Part shown: positions 52,429-63,543 of the stretch, piece after piece | How the letters are laid out: every line of letters starts with the position of its first letter | How positions within the stretch are numbered: the first letter of the stretch is position 1 | Assembly (NCBI GenBank): GCA_963745035.1 | Contig: CAVUVW010000013.1 | Coordinates: forward strand, 1,536,001-1,600,000 | DNA: 64,000 nt | Direction: 5' to 3' | Source: an uncultured delta proteobacterium | GTDB lineage: Bacteria; Desulfobacterota; Binatia; UBA9968 | Program-made: the position numbers and the translations under genes | Notes under the pieces: generated by a model | Told to the model about the DNA's origin: nothing | What the model saw: only the letters and a program-made list of their open reading frames with translations | Database searches by the model: none

Positions 52429-52790
52429 CTAGTCTGAATGCAGCGCGATGCGATTTCCTTCACTGTCGAGCACAATCGCGCGAAAGCCAAACGGCCCGAT
52501 CTCATGTTTAGGCTCGATGACTTGCCGCCGTGAGCCGAGACCGCGACGATGGCGTCGTCGAGTCGCCCGTTGACGTTCAAATAGATCATCACGCCCTGAG
52601 CCGACGGCTTCTCATCCGGACTGGTCAATAAACAACCGCCGGCTTCGCCGTCGCCGTGCGGTAAAACACCGACGGTCATGCCGGGAAAATCGTGTTTTTT
52701 CACGTCCTGCCCCAGCACCGCCGCATAGAACCTCACGGCCCGGTCCAGGTCCAAAACCGGAATATCGCACCAGACGATTTGATTGGCCAT
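52429..52790 (-). CDS. VOC/glyoxalase family protein (frameshifted)
   Basis: NQIVWCDIPVLDLDRAVRFY, IYLNV, HGGK, DSEGNRIALHS in shifted frame. Confidence 0.85.
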
Positions 52791-52998
52791 GAGCGTTCTC
52801 CTTTCTGACGATAAGGAAATCTTAGACGACAGGAAACGATGCTTCACTCAATGACTGAATTTCACACCCAGCATTTCACAATCTCACTATAAATATTGCC
52901 GCCGATTCGATTTTCGAAAGATGGCAATATTCGTCGCTTTCGCGCGCCATCTCGGGCTCACCGGGGCCGAGAATGACGGTCGGCGGATTGTCGCCGTA

Positions 52999-53997
52999 TC
53001 ATTTGGGCTGGGCTCCGCCCCAAAGCTTGTCCATGAAGCCGCTCTTCTCCATCTCGTCCAAGTAGCGCCGATCGAACAGTTCCTGCGGCTTGAATTTTTT
53101 CGCCCGCGGATCGGTGGCGGAGACGTCGTCGAGAATCGCCTGCACGGCTTCCATGCGAAGCTCCATGCGCGGCTCCAGCGCCTTGATTTCCGCGTTGTAA
53201 GCCTGCTCCAGCACTTTACGGTCTTCGATGCGCAGGTATTTGGCCAGCACTTTGAATACCACTTCCTTGTCGGTGTGCAAAATTTTTGCGGCTTCCGCCA
53301 TGGCGCGCATGAAGCGGCCGACGACCGGCGAGTTTTGGCCGATGAACGAACGGCGGGTGATCAGCGAGACCGCGACCTGCGGGATGCGCAGATCAGGGCC
53401 ATAGACGACGTAGCTGTATCCCTGCGAAATCGCGCGCGCGTCCCACGGCGCCGACATGGTGCCGGCATCGATGGCGCCGGAGAGCAAAGCCGCGAGCATT
53501 TCCGGCGCGCCGCCGGTTTGGATCATCGAGTAATCGCGTCCGGGCTCCATATTGCGCCGCTTGAAGGCTTGAATCGCGAAGTAGTGCGTGGTCGCGCCGA
53601 TACGTGTGACGCCGATCTTCTTGCCGCGCAAATCTTCGAGCCGCTTGATCTCCGGTTTGGCGAGAATGCTTTGCGTCAGATGATTCTTGATCCCGGCGAT
53701 AAACACGAGATCGTGGTTGCCGCCGACCACGGTGCGCACGACGCCGACGCCGCCGTCGATCATGACCTGCGCTTCGCCGCCGAGCATCGCCGCCGTCGCC
53801 AGCGGCGAGGTGCCGATATAGACCAACGGAAATTCCAAATTGTGCCTGCGAAAAATTCCGGTCTCCTGGGCGATCCAGGGCATCGACTGCGACATCACCC
53901 GGGCGGATTGCACGCCGACCAGACGATCGGCGCTCGAAGCCGGAACGGCATGAAAGGCCGCAAGCACGAACGCCGCGTTCGTTAGAAACTTTGCCAT
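52999..53997 (-). CDS. ABC transporter substrate-binding protein, NMT1/SsuA-like
   Basis: WIAQETGIF, EDLRGKKIGVTRIG, ALLSGAIDAG, EKSGFMDKLW. Confidence 0.85.
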   Translation of the reverse strand: MAKFLTNAAFVLAAFHAVPASSADRLVGVQSARVMSQSMPWIAQETGIFRRHNLEFPLVYIGTSPLATAAMLGGEAQVMIDGGVGVVRTVVGGNHDLVFIAGIKNHLTQSILAKPEIKRLEDLRGKKIGVTRIGATTHYFAIQAFKRRNMEPGRDYSMIQTGGAPEMLAALLSGAIDAGTMSAPWDARAISQGYSYVVYGPDLRIPQVAVSLITRRSFIGQNSPVVGRFMRAMAEAAKILHTDKEVVFKVLAKYLRIEDRKVLEQAYNAEIKALEPRMELRMEAVQAILDDVSATDPRAKKFKPQELFDRRYLDEMEKSGFMDKLWGGAQPK

Positions 53998-54000
53998 GGG

Positions 54001-54282
54001 CTACACTCCCTTTCTGGCCGAACCCCAACGCCGCCAAAACGCGCGGCCGCTGAGGCGCCTTGCCAACTCCTTTGCCCCGACTCTGTACTTGAACGCCTTT
54101 CTGCCGTTGATGAACAGCACCGGCACTTCTGCGCCGAAATCTTCTCTCAGTTCCGCCGAGCCCTCGACGTCGATCTCTTCCATCTCCAGCGGAATCTTCG
54201 CGGCGACCTGCCGGATCGTCTCCTTCATTTCCTCGCACAAACAACAATCGGCGCGCGAGTACAAGATCAATTGCGCGGTCAT
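54001..54282 (-). CDS. Glutaredoxin-like protein (DUF836)
   Basis: LYSRADCCLCEE, EVPVLFINGRKAFKY. Confidence 0.85.
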   Translation of the reverse strand: MTAQLILYSRADCCLCEEMKETIRQVAAKIPLEMEEIDVEGSAELREDFGAEVPVLFINGRKAFKYRVGAKELARRLSGRAFWRRWGSARKGV

Positions 54283-57200
54283 TTGCCGGCCGGCGCTTGT
54301 GCCGCCTCCTCTTTTTTCTCCCCTTCGCTCAGGCCGATCATGTTCTTCGGAATCCCGAGCACGCCCCAAAACCATTCCGCTAAGGTCCCCAGCGGCGCCG
54401 GCGTAATCGTCGGGTTGCCGATCGGTCCTTGGATGTTGAAGCTTGCCACCAGGAACGAGTTCTTGATCGCAGCGACGCCGCGCCCGAGCAGGGGAACATA
54501 ACTGAGCGCTGTGTCGATGCCGGCGAACGGCCGCACGGCGATGATAAAGTCCAACTGGTCCTGCGGCACGTCGATCTTGCCGGCGCCGGTCATGCGCAAA
54601 TCGTCGCTGTCCACCACCAGGTTCTCCGTCGCGTAAACTCCCTTGACGACTTTGAAGTCCCCCGCGATCGCGCGAAAACGGATGCCCTCTTTGGCGAGAT
54701 CGGGAAGCTGGAAGGTAAACCAGCGCGACAGATCGAGGAGATTGAGAATCTGCACCAGGATGCGCATGCGGTTGATCGTACCGTCCTCGATCTTTACGCT
54801 GAATGCGCCGTTTAGATTCTGCTTGCGCTCGGCGTCATTCTTGCCGACGGTCTCCAGTTTGCCGGCGAGGGACACTCGGCCGCTCATTTCGGTATTGGTG
54901 ATGTCAAACCAGCGCAGAAACGATTGCACCGGCACGCCCTGGACCTTGGAGTCTGCCGCCACCGCCAATGTGTCCGGCTTGTCGACTATCGTCGTCACGC
55001 CCTGGATCGTGCCGCCGGCGGACCGCGCCGCCATATTGGTCAAACGCCACACGCGGTGATCGATGCTGGCGTCGCTTCGTAAATCGCTGAACTCGAAGTT
55101 CTTGATGCGTCCCCGGCCGAGCGCGATTTTTCCCTCGGCGACCAGAGTCGCGTAGAAATCGCTCGACTCCGGGTCGATCTGCGAGATCAGATGAGTAATG
55201 TCGAGGTTCGGCGCCGCGAAGTCGAAAAGCAGCTGCGGTCTTTGGCCGAAGCGCCACCGCCCGCTGGCGCTTGCCGGCACGCCGACGAGCAGTGCTTTCA
55301 AGTTTTGAAACTCGATGCCCTTTTCATCGAGTTTGATTTTGCCGTTGAGCTCGCGCAGCGGCTGGAGCAAGGGACTGAACAAGAGCTGGACGTTGAGGAG
55401 ATCGAAATCGCCGGTGAGCTTGCGCCGCTTCGGATCGGCGAGCGCGCCGGAGTAGCGCATCGCGCCGCGCACGACGCCGGGATCCTGCGGGCTGCCGGTA
55501 TCGAGCAGCAGGCTCGCAATGACCCCCGTTTTCATCCCCGGCGACTCGATGCTCAGATCAAAGACGCCGTCCTCGCCGGCGTAATCCTTGAGCGCAAGCC
55601 GCGCCTGGATCGGCGAGCCGGCGAGTTGCGCACGGATGCGCTCGCCGGTGATCTCGTTGGGCGTCAACGCGAACTCGCCGCGCACTTCGCTGAGCGAAAC
55701 TTCGCCGTAGCGCAGCCGCGTTTGCTCGAGCGCCACCTTGCCGTCGAACTGGAGCGGCGTATTGGGCGAGCGCTTGAGCGCCACATCGGCTTTGCCCCGG
55801 CCGCTCAGCTCTTCGACCGATGCGAGAATTTTCGCGAGCTTTTCGTCCGGCTGCTGCGCCCGTATTTGTTCCTTCAGCTCCGCCAGGTTGACGTCTCCGT
55901 ACGCTTGAAGTTCGAGTTTGCCGGGCGCCGCGCCGGCCAAGTCATAAGCGCCGTCGACTCGAGTGAAGCGCGAATCGCCGTATGCGCCGCGGAAATCCGC
56001 AAAGCCCAAAATGCCATCGGCAAAATTTACTTTCCCGTGCACGCCGCGCAGCGCCAGGGGCGCGGCGTCTGGCTTGGCTGCGACATCGCGGAGCTCCGCT
56101 TCCACGGCGATTTGTCTGGACGCGGTTGCTGGCTCGCGCAGTTGGCTTAGAGTGGCCTGCACGATGGCTTTCTTGACTTCCACCTGGCCCGTTTGAACGG
56201 CGTTGAGGGCGCTTTCCAGTTGCGGCGAGCCGACGAGCTTAAGCGGCAGATACTTGAGCAGAGCGGCGGCCGGCGCCGGCGCAGCCGAGAGCGTCAACCG
56301 CAGGCGCGGGTCGTTGCCGTCGAGCGCCGCTACGCTTCCCTGAAGCGAAAGATGAACGTCCTTGATGCGCAGGTCGGCTTGCGTCAACTGCAGCTCCTGC
56401 GCTTTGCGCTCGATCGCGAAAGTCGCGCGCCCGTCGAGACCGCTCAGCGGCGAAAGAAAAACCTCGGGCGCGTCAATCACGAGCTGGCGAAACTCGACGG
56501 CGCCTTGGGCGCGCAAGCGCGTCGTGGGATTTCCCTCGATATGAATGCGCTGGGCAAAATAGCCGTCCATGGATTTTACCGGCAAGCGCGCGCCGGCAAC
56601 CTCCGCAATCAGGCCGGCGGGAAAATTCACGAGCTCGACATCGCCCTTCCAGTGGGCGTGGTGAAAATCTAAAATCTTTTGCGGGAACGCGATTTGTCCT
56701 TGCGCCTTCAGCGTCATGCGCGCGCCCTCTCGAAGCAGCGCGCCCGAGAGATCAAAGGCGAGCGCGGCGGCCTCGGCCTGGGCCGGCTCGCGCTTTAACA
56801 GATTTTTCAGGGAAGCGCCCAGGCGCGGGCCGCTGAGACGCTCGATATCCAGCTCGACGTTGTCGGCGCGCCAAGTGTCCGGCTGCGCTTCGCGACGTTG
56901 GTTGATCAGCGTGATATTGCCGTCCTGCACTTTGATCGAACGCAGATCCAAGCTGAACTCGCCGTTCCGCTCCTTCAAAAGCGGCAAGTTCAGCAACTTG
57001 TCGAGCAGCGGCAGCCGCCCGTCGCGATCGCGCACGAAACGCGCCGCCGGCTGCCGCACGCGGATCTCGTAAAAAACCAACTGCCGGCGCAGCAACGGCA
57101 GGAGCGCGATCCGGGCGATCACCCGCTGCGCAGTAATGGCCGGCGCCGTCGCGCCGGGCTCGGACAAAGCGAGGTCACCGAAAGCGATGCCGGTGATCCA

Positions 57201-57383
57201 GCCGAACTCCAACGCGGCGGCACCGAGCCGGGTATGAAGCCCGGTTTGCTCCTCGATCTGCGCGGTCAAAAATCGATGCACTTCGCCGACGCGCACCAGC
57301 CGGTAGACGGCTAAGCCCGCAACAATGATGAAGACAACAAGCAGCACCGTGAAAAAACCGATGAACTTGAGCGCTCTTCTCAT
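54279..57383 (-). CDS. AsmA-like family protein
   Basis: N-terminal anchor, beta-rich 1034 aa, C-terminal AsmA_2 signature (GKIDV, VPLLG, FNIQGPIGNPTITP). Confidence 0.85.
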   Translation of the reverse strand: MRRALKFIGFFTVLLVVFIIVAGLAVYRLVRVGEVHRFLTAQIEEQTGLHTRLGAAALEFGWITGIAFGDLALSEPGATAPAITAQRVIARIALLPLLRRQLVFYEIRVRQPAARFVRDRDGRLPLLDKLLNLPLLKERNGEFSLDLRSIKVQDGNITLINQRREAQPDTWRADNVELDIERLSGPRLGASLKNLLKREPAQAEAAALAFDLSGALLREGARMTLKAQGQIAFPQKILDFHHAHWKGDVELVNFPAGLIAEVAGARLPVKSMDGYFAQRIHIEGNPTTRLRAQGAVEFRQLVIDAPEVFLSPLSGLDGRATFAIERKAQELQLTQADLRIKDVHLSLQGSVAALDGNDPRLRLTLSAAPAPAAALLKYLPLKLVGSPQLESALNAVQTGQVEVKKAIVQATLSQLREPATASRQIAVEAELRDVAAKPDAAPLALRGVHGKVNFADGILGFADFRGAYGDSRFTRVDGAYDLAGAAPGKLELQAYGDVNLAELKEQIRAQQPDEKLAKILASVEELSGRGKADVALKRSPNTPLQFDGKVALEQTRLRYGEVSLSEVRGEFALTPNEITGERIRAQLAGSPIQARLALKDYAGEDGVFDLSIESPGMKTGVIASLLLDTGSPQDPGVVRGAMRYSGALADPKRRKLTGDFDLLNVQLLFSPLLQPLRELNGKIKLDEKGIEFQNLKALLVGVPASASGRWRFGQRPQLLFDFAAPNLDITHLISQIDPESSDFYATLVAEGKIALGRGRIKNFEFSDLRSDASIDHRVWRLTNMAARSAGGTIQGVTTIVDKPDTLAVAADSKVQGVPVQSFLRWFDITNTEMSGRVSLAGKLETVGKNDAERKQNLNGAFSVKIEDGTINRMRILVQILNLLDLSRWFTFQLPDLAKEGIRFRAIAGDFKVVKGVYATENLVVDSDDLRMTGAGKIDVPQDQLDFIIAVRPFAGIDTALSYVPLLGRGVAAIKNSFLVASFNIQGPIGNPTITPAPLGTLAEWFWGVLGIPKNMIGLSEGEKKEEAAQAPAGK

Positions 57384-57546
57384 GGCGGGCTACGTCGATG
57401 AAGTAAAGTTTCGCGGGCGATTTCAACCAGTGGACAATCTCTGGATCGAAAGATTCTCGCGCCATGCTAGAGGAAGTCCATGGGCGGCGCAAGGGAGATT
57501 GGGAGCGGAAGGCAAGCGCGCAACGCGCCCGGCAACGTCTGTTACC

Positions 57547-57575
57547 TTGACAGTCCGGAGTGAACTTGTTAGATA
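57547..57575 (+). promoter_or_regulatory. Putative sigma-70 promoter
   Basis: TTGACA-17 nt-TAGATA with extended TGn. Confidence 0.4.
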
Positions 57576-57625
57576 AAACAAACTTTTGTCCGATGGCCAT
57601 CTGGAAATCACTCGGGGGACAGTTT

Positions 57626-57820
57626 ATGTTTGAGAGAGAAGAGGAGTTGCTCAACAGCAAGCAAGTCGCCGTCATCCTGGACATCAGCCCAGATACGGTC
57701 AATGAATTCGCTCGAAAGAATATTCTGCCCGCCTTTAAAAAAGGCAAACAATGGAGATTTCGCAAGCGCGACATTTCCATTTTTTACAAGAAGCAGCCTA
57801 GGGATATTCGCGACGCTTGA
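57626..57820 (+). CDS. Excisionase-like HTH_17 DNA-binding protein
   Basis: LLNSKQVAVILDISPDTV...LPAFKKGKQWRFRKRDI. Confidence 0.8.
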   Translation: MFEREEELLNSKQVAVILDISPDTVNEFARKNILPAFKKGKQWRFRKRDISIFYKKQPRDIRDA

Positions 57821-57849
57821 CCTCTGCAGCTCTGTTTCAGGATTGAAAA

Positions 57850-58500
57850 ATGGCAGACATTGAGGCACACGAAAGCAAGCTTTACGCGGAATTCGCCCCA
57901 CTTTACGACAAAGTCTTTGGCAAGATATTTTACAATCGCCTGGAATACGTCATTGAGAATCTAGGCATCCCGCCCGGCGCCAAAGTCTTGGAAGTCGGCG
58001 CCGGCACCGGCACTTCGTTTCCGGCCTATCCGGAGCATTGCGAAATCACCGGGGTCGATCTTGCGCCCGACATGCTGGCGCGCGCGCGCCAGAAAATCGA
58101 GGAGAACCACTGGTCGCATTTGACGGTCATGGAGATGAATGCCCTGGACCTCGAGTTTCCCGACAACACATTCGATTATGTCATGGCGTTCCATGTCGTC
58201 ACCGTCGTGCCCGATCCCGTGCGCATGATCGCGGAAGCAAAACGGGTGTGCAAACCGGGCGGCAGGATCGTGATCGTCAATCATTTCACCAGTGAAGTGC
58301 CCCTGCTCGGTTCCCTCACTCAAGCCCTTGATCCCATTACGAGATGGTTGGGCTGGCGCACCGATCTCAGGCTAAAACCGTTTCTCCAAACCACCGGACT
58401 CCAGGTGGAAAGAAGCTACAAACTCAGTAAAGCGTCGCTTTACGACGTCCTTATCTGCCGCAAAGAGCCCCAACTCATCAGAACCCTCCGCGAGCTTTAG
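57850..58500 (+). CDS. Class I SAM methyltransferase, PmtA-like phospholipid N-methyltransferase
   Basis: APLYDKVFG, VLEVGAGTG, VVTVVPDP, RVCKPGGRIVIVNHF. Confidence 0.75.
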   Translation: MADIEAHESKLYAEFAPLYDKVFGKIFYNRLEYVIENLGIPPGAKVLEVGAGTGTSFPAYPEHCEITGVDLAPDMLARARQKIEENHWSHLTVMEMNALDLEFPDNTFDYVMAFHVVTVVPDPVRMIAEAKRVCKPGGRIVIVNHFTSEVPLLGSLTQALDPITRWLGWRTDLRLKPFLQTTGLQVERSYKLSKASLYDVLICRKEPQLIRTLREL

Positions 58501-58775
58501 CGTGGAGATTCATCGTCCAAGATAAACTCATCGCGGTGCAGGGCCATTTGCTCCGGCGGAGCCGCGCCTCGGCCGTGCCCTCGCATGAATAATGCGGGCT
58601 TCAGCCACCGGCTCAGGCCGACCGCTTTTGGTGAAGCTTTTCGTCAGCGGCACAGCGCCGCTCCTCAAACTCTAAAACCGGAAATCGTTAATGGCGTGGG
58701 CAGCGTCGTTCCGCCGATAGGAAGATGGGAAAGGCGCAATGCGGTAACTCTCGGCGTGAACGCTCGATGGTTGCA

Positions 58776-58973
58776 TTATCGGGGCAAGTCTTGCGGTGGA
58801 TCTTTCTTGGTTTCCTTGCCTGCTTCGTCGTCTTCGCCGCCGGTGACGCCCTTTTTGAAATCTCGGATCGCCTTGCCCAACCCGCTGCCGATTTGGGGCA
58901 GCTTGCTGGGTCCGAAAATAACCAGCGCGATCACCAGAATCACCATCAGCTCCGGTACGCCAAGTCCAAACAT
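58776..58973 (-). CDS. tatA: Sec-independent translocase TatA/E
   Basis: MFGLGVPELMVILVIALVIFGPSKLPQIGSGLGKAIRDFKK. Confidence 0.95.
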   Translation of the reverse strand: MFGLGVPELMVILVIALVIFGPSKLPQIGSGLGKAIRDFKKGVTGGEDDEAGKETKKDPPQDLPR

Positions 58974-58981
58974 GAAACCTC

Positions 58982-60409
58982 CTAGCTCTTCCGTTTCACC
59001 GAGAAGAATACCGCGTTGTCGCCGCGTTGCACAAGCAGCAGGATGCGGTCGCCGCGACGTCCCTGGCGCGCGGCGCGCTCGAACTCTTTGACATTGCCCA
59101 CCGGCCGTTGATTGATTTCCCGGATCACGTCCGCCGGCTCGATGCCGACCTGATCCGCCGGGCTGCCCGGCTGCACTTCGACGACAAGCACGCCCTTCAA
59201 CGAGCTCAATCCCAGGCGGCGCCCCGCTTCCGGCGTGATCCGCTGAACCCTGAGCCCGAGCTCGGGGTCTTTGGCCTCGATCTGTTGGACAAAGTCGCCG
59301 TCGTCGGGCAGTTCGCCGATCTTTATCCCGACCGTCTGCTCTTTCTTATCGCGCACGAGCTTGAGGGTAACTTTCTGGCCGGGCGCGGTTCCGGCGATGA
59401 TGCTCGGAAAATCGTGGCTCCGGGGCACCGGCTTGCCGTTGAATTCGACGATGATATCGCCCGCCTTCACCCCGGCTTCGGCGGCCGGGCTTGCTTCCGT
59501 GACTTCGGTCACCATCGCCACGTCGCCCGAGCTTTTCGTCAATCCGTGCGCGGCGGCGGTCGCGGCCGGCATGTCCTGCGCGCGCACGCCGAGCCAGCCG
59601 CGGACTACCCGGCCGTTCTTGCGCAGCTGCTCCACGACTTTGCGCGCCAAGTCGATCGGAATTGCGAAGCCGATGCCGACGTTGCCGCCCGATTGGCTGA
59701 AGATCGCGCTGTTGACGCCGACCACTTCGCCCGTGGCATTGATCAGCGGCCCGCCGCTGTTGCCGGGATTGATCGACGCATCGGTCTGAATAAAGTTGTC
59801 ATACGGCCCCGCGCCGATCACGCGTCCCTTGGCGCTGACGATGCCCGCGGTCACGGTGTGCTCCAGGCCGAACGGGTTGCCGATCGCCATGACCCAATCG
59901 CCCACGTCCAACTGGCTCGATGTCCCCAGTTTGGCGAATGGCAGGTTGCCTGAAGCTTTGCGAATTTTGATCAAGGCGAGGTCGGTGCGGCCGTCTTTGC
60001 CGATCAGCCGCGCCTCGTGCTCGCTGTGATCGGCGAGCTTCACCTTGATGACGTCGGCGTTGCGAACCACGTGATAGTTGGTCAGGATTTCGCCGTCGCC
60101 GCTGATCACGATACCGGAGCCGAGACTGCGCTGGTTGTTTTCCCGCGGCGCAGATTCGCCGAAGAAACGATTGAAGAACTCCTCGATGGGATCGTTCGAG
60201 GCCGAGCGCGAAGTGCGTTGGGTGGTGGTGGAAATGTTGACCACCACCGGCATGGTTCTCTTGGCGATGGCGGCAAACGAGGAAGGCCGCCCGCCGTCCA
60301 AAGCAGCGGCGCTTGCCGCGTAAGCGCCCGGCGCGGCGAGGAGCGCAATCAGGGATGCGGTTGCCCGCGCGCCGGCGACCCGCAAGCCCGATCTCAGAAT
60401 TTTCCTCAT
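58982..60409 (-). CDS. Do/DegP/DegQ family serine endoprotease with two PDZ domains
   Basis: LGSG, LTNYHV, TDLAL, IQTDASINPGNSGGPL. Confidence 0.95.
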   Translation of the reverse strand: MRKILRSGLRVAGARATASLIALLAAPGAYAASAAALDGGRPSSFAAIAKRTMPVVVNISTTTQRTSRSASNDPIEEFFNRFFGESAPRENNQRSLGSGIVISGDGEILTNYHVVRNADVIKVKLADHSEHEARLIGKDGRTDLALIKIRKASGNLPFAKLGTSSQLDVGDWVMAIGNPFGLEHTVTAGIVSAKGRVIGAGPYDNFIQTDASINPGNSGGPLINATGEVVGVNSAIFSQSGGNVGIGFAIPIDLARKVVEQLRKNGRVVRGWLGVRAQDMPAATAAAHGLTKSSGDVAMVTEVTEASPAAEAGVKAGDIIVEFNGKPVPRSHDFPSIIAGTAPGQKVTLKLVRDKKEQTVGIKIGELPDDGDFVQQIEAKDPELGLRVQRITPEAGRRLGLSSLKGVLVVEVQPGSPADQVGIEPADVIREINQRPVGNVKEFERAARQGRRGDRILLLVQRGDNAVFFSVKRKS

Positions 60410-60556
60410 TTGCGCACCAGCCTTTGGCTCCTTTTTCGTCCGCCTAAGCCTAGCAAATTTCACCGCGTGATTTAAATCGCCTTAAAGGCGAGTGTGATTT
60501 GCAAAACCACGTCTCTGTAGTAATGAAGACAAGATGACATTCACTCGAATCACGCG

Positions 60557-61909
60557 ATGAAACCGGCGCCGATCGACTACGATACCGTGCGCGAGATGCT
60601 GCGCACGGCTACGCCCGACCGGATTCTGCGCTTCATCGGCAAAAGCCATCCGGCGGATATCGCGCTTCTGTTCAAGGGGCTCGAAAGCGCCGAGATCCGC
60701 CAGCTTTTTGACATCCTGTTCACCGCGCGGCGCGCCGACAAAACGCTCAAAGAGCTGCCCCCCGAGCTCCTGCCCGATATTTTGGAGCTGATCGACGACG
60801 AGAAAGTCGGCCGCCTGATCGTCCGGTCCGATCCCGACGACGCCGTCACGTTCATCGACAGCCTGCCCGAAGAGCGGCGCGAAAGAGTGCTCGCGCTCCT
60901 CGACCCCGAGCGGCAGGCCGCGGTGCGCGAGATCATCAATTATCCCGAAGGCACCGTCGGGAGAATCATGACCACGGACTTCATGGCGCTCTCCCCCGAC
61001 ACCACGGCCCAAGGCGCGATCGATAGAATCCGCGAGCGCGGCGAGCTCGAAACGTTTTTTTATCTCTACGTCGTCGATGAGATCGGAAAACTTGTCGGGG
61101 TCGTGCCGATCCGCAATCTGGTGATTGCGCCGCCGGATCGCACGCTGAGAGAGATGATGATCGCCGATCCGGTCAAGGCCAATGTTTTCATGGACCAGGA
61201 GGAGGCGGCCCGCTTGGTTTCGCGCTACGAGCTGCTCGCCTTGCCGATCGTCGATGAGGCCGGCCGCCTGGAAGGCATCATTACCGTCGACGACGTCATC
61301 GACATCATCAATCAGGAAACCACCGAAGACATGTACAAGATGGTCGGCTTGGCCGAAGAGGATCGTGTCTTTACGCCGGTGTCCCGCTCGGTCAGGATGC
61401 GCCTGCCGTGGACGTTTTTGAATCTGCTGACCGCCACCCTCGCCGCCTCGGTGGTGGGCTTCTTCGAAGGCACCTTGCACGAGATCGTCGCGCTGGTCAC
61501 GTTCATGCCCGTGGTCGCGGGCGTCGGCGGCAACGGCGCCACGCAAACCGCCACGGTGATCATCCGCGCCATCGCTCTCGGCGAATTGGAATTTGCTTCG
61601 GCATGGAAGGCGATCGTCAAGCAGGTTTCGGTAAACATCTTTATCGCCCTGGCCGCCGGCACTCTGATCGCGGTCGCCGCGATTTTATGGAAGGGCAATC
61701 CCTATCTCGGCTTGGTCCTCGCCGCCGCGATGATCCTCAATCTCGGTTTGATGGCGGGTATCGCCGGCGCGGTGATTCCCCTGTTGTTGAAGGCGCTCAA
61801 GTTCGATCCGGCGCTTGGTTCCGGCATCATCGTCACCGCGTTGACCGATGCGTTCGGCTTTCTCGCATTTCTTGGCCTGGCGACGATCTTTCGCCAGTAT
61901 CTGATTTAA
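60557..61909 (+). CDS. mgtE: Magnesium transporter MgtE
   Basis: HPADIA, CBS pair, GIITVDD, RLPW, GGNGATQ, DPALGSG. Confidence 0.95.
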   Translation: MKPAPIDYDTVREMLRTATPDRILRFIGKSHPADIALLFKGLESAEIRQLFDILFTARRADKTLKELPPELLPDILELIDDEKVGRLIVRSDPDDAVTFIDSLPEERRERVLALLDPERQAAVREIINYPEGTVGRIMTTDFMALSPDTTAQGAIDRIRERGELETFFYLYVVDEIGKLVGVVPIRNLVIAPPDRTLREMMIADPVKANVFMDQEEAARLVSRYELLALPIVDEAGRLEGIITVDDVIDIINQETTEDMYKMVGLAEEDRVFTPVSRSVRMRLPWTFLNLLTATLAASVVGFFEGTLHEIVALVTFMPVVAGVGGNGATQTATVIIRAIALGELEFASAWKAIVKQVSVNIFIALAAGTLIAVAAILWKGNPYLGLVLAAAMILNLGLMAGIAGAVIPLLLKALKFDPALGSGIIVTALTDAFGFLAFLGLATIFRQYLI

Positions 61910-62875
61910 GCGGCTTCGGTCGCCTGGACTTGCTTGGAATTTTCTTTGAAAGAGAAAGAGCAGACCGCCGAGCAAGCTATCGAGCGCGACGATCAGGAAA
62001 AGCAAAATGCCAAACGCGATGCCTTGCTCCGTGCCGATGCCGATCACCGCCAGGAGAAAGATGTAACCGCCTTCGCGCAGTCCAAGACCATTGAGGCTGA
62101 TGGGAATGGCCGAGAACGTTCCGACCAGCGGATAAACAATCAGACAGAAAGAAAAAGGCACTTCCAGACCCAGAGCGCGCCCCATCACCGTATGCATCCA
62201 TGCTTGAATCAGATGGACCGTCAGCGAAAGCAGCGCCGCCGCCAGCAAGGCGCGCCAATGCAGCCGATAGCTCCTCAAAGCCATGCGTAATTTGACGGCG
62301 AGCTGATGGCCGTCTTCCGGCAGGAACCGCTTGAGCACGGGCAGGAGCAAGACTCCCGCCAGCAGCCCGAGCGCAACCAAAAAGGTCGCGGTGCGGGCGA
62401 CCTGTGGCACCCCGTAATTCGGAAACAGCAGCAGCGCGAATGCGCCAAGCCAGACCAACACCACCATGCCGATCGCCCGGTCCATCAATACCGACATGGC
62501 CGCGTGCACCGTCGTCACTGCCCGTCCTTTCGCCTGGGCTTCCTCATCTTTGACCAAATAGTAAACCCGGGTGACATCGCCGCCGACCGTGCTCGGCGCA
62601 AACAGATTGAAGAACATGCCGATCAGATAATATTGAATCAAATTCTTGAAGGGCGTTCTTATTCCGAGGGGTCTCGCCAGCATCGCCCAGCGTACCGCAG
62701 CAATTCCCTGCGCGATCAGGTAGACGCCGAGCGCCAAGGCGATATAAGAAACCTTTGCCGAGGCAAATGTCTCCACGAATTGTTCGAGGTGAATGCGCGA
62801 GACGAAATAGGCGATCAGCCCCGCGCTGATGAGAAGCTTGAGAAGAAAAATTATGACGGGCTTGGCTCGGCTCAT
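61906..62875 (-). CDS. Lysylphosphatidylglycerol synthase TM/flippase-like protein (3' end approximate)
   Basis: RW, GMFFNLFAPSTVGGD, SVLMDR, IPISLNGLGLREG. Confidence 0.85.
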
Positions 62876-63535
62876 GCTTCGAGCGGCGGTTGGACGAGCG
62901 CTTCGGTGTCGTCCTTCGCCAGATGCTCCACCATAACTTTGCGTCCGACGACCTTGAGGCGGCCCTCGGCGTAAAGCTGGATGGCCCGCGGGTAGATGCG
63001 GTGTTCCTGCTTGAGGATGCGCGCGGCGAGCGCTTCACCGGTGTCGTCGGGATAAACCGGCACCACCGCTTGAATGATGATCGGTCCCTCGTCGCACTCT
63101 TCATTGACAAAATGGACCGTACAGCCGGAAAAGCGCACGCCGTGCTCCACCGCTTTCTCCTGTACCTTCAAGCCCGGAAACGCCGGCAGCAGCGCTGGAT
63201 GAATATTCATGATCCGATTCGAATAGGCCTTGATGAAAACCGGTGACAGCAGACGCATGAAGCCGGCGAGCACGACGAGTTCCACGCCGCGTCCGCGGAG
63301 CAGACCGACCACCGCCTCATCATAAGCTTCCCGGCTGGCAAAATTTTTGTGGTCCAAGATTTCGGTCGGAATGCCGTGCCGCTGCGCGCGCGCCAAACCT
63401 TGGGCATCCGCCTTGTTGCTGAGAACGACTTCAATTTTGGCGTCGAGCTTGCCCGCCTCGATGGCATCGATGATCGCCTGCAAGATTCGTGCCGCTGCCG
63501 GAAATGAGCACGCCGATGGAAACTTTCCTTGCCAT
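62872..63535 (-). CDS. purN: Phosphoribosylglycinamide formyltransferase (frameshift near 63483)
   Basis: GVLISGSGTN, VLAGFMR, NIHPALLP, GCTVHFV, DEGPII. Confidence 0.95.
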
Positions 63536-63543
63536 GGCAGCGC

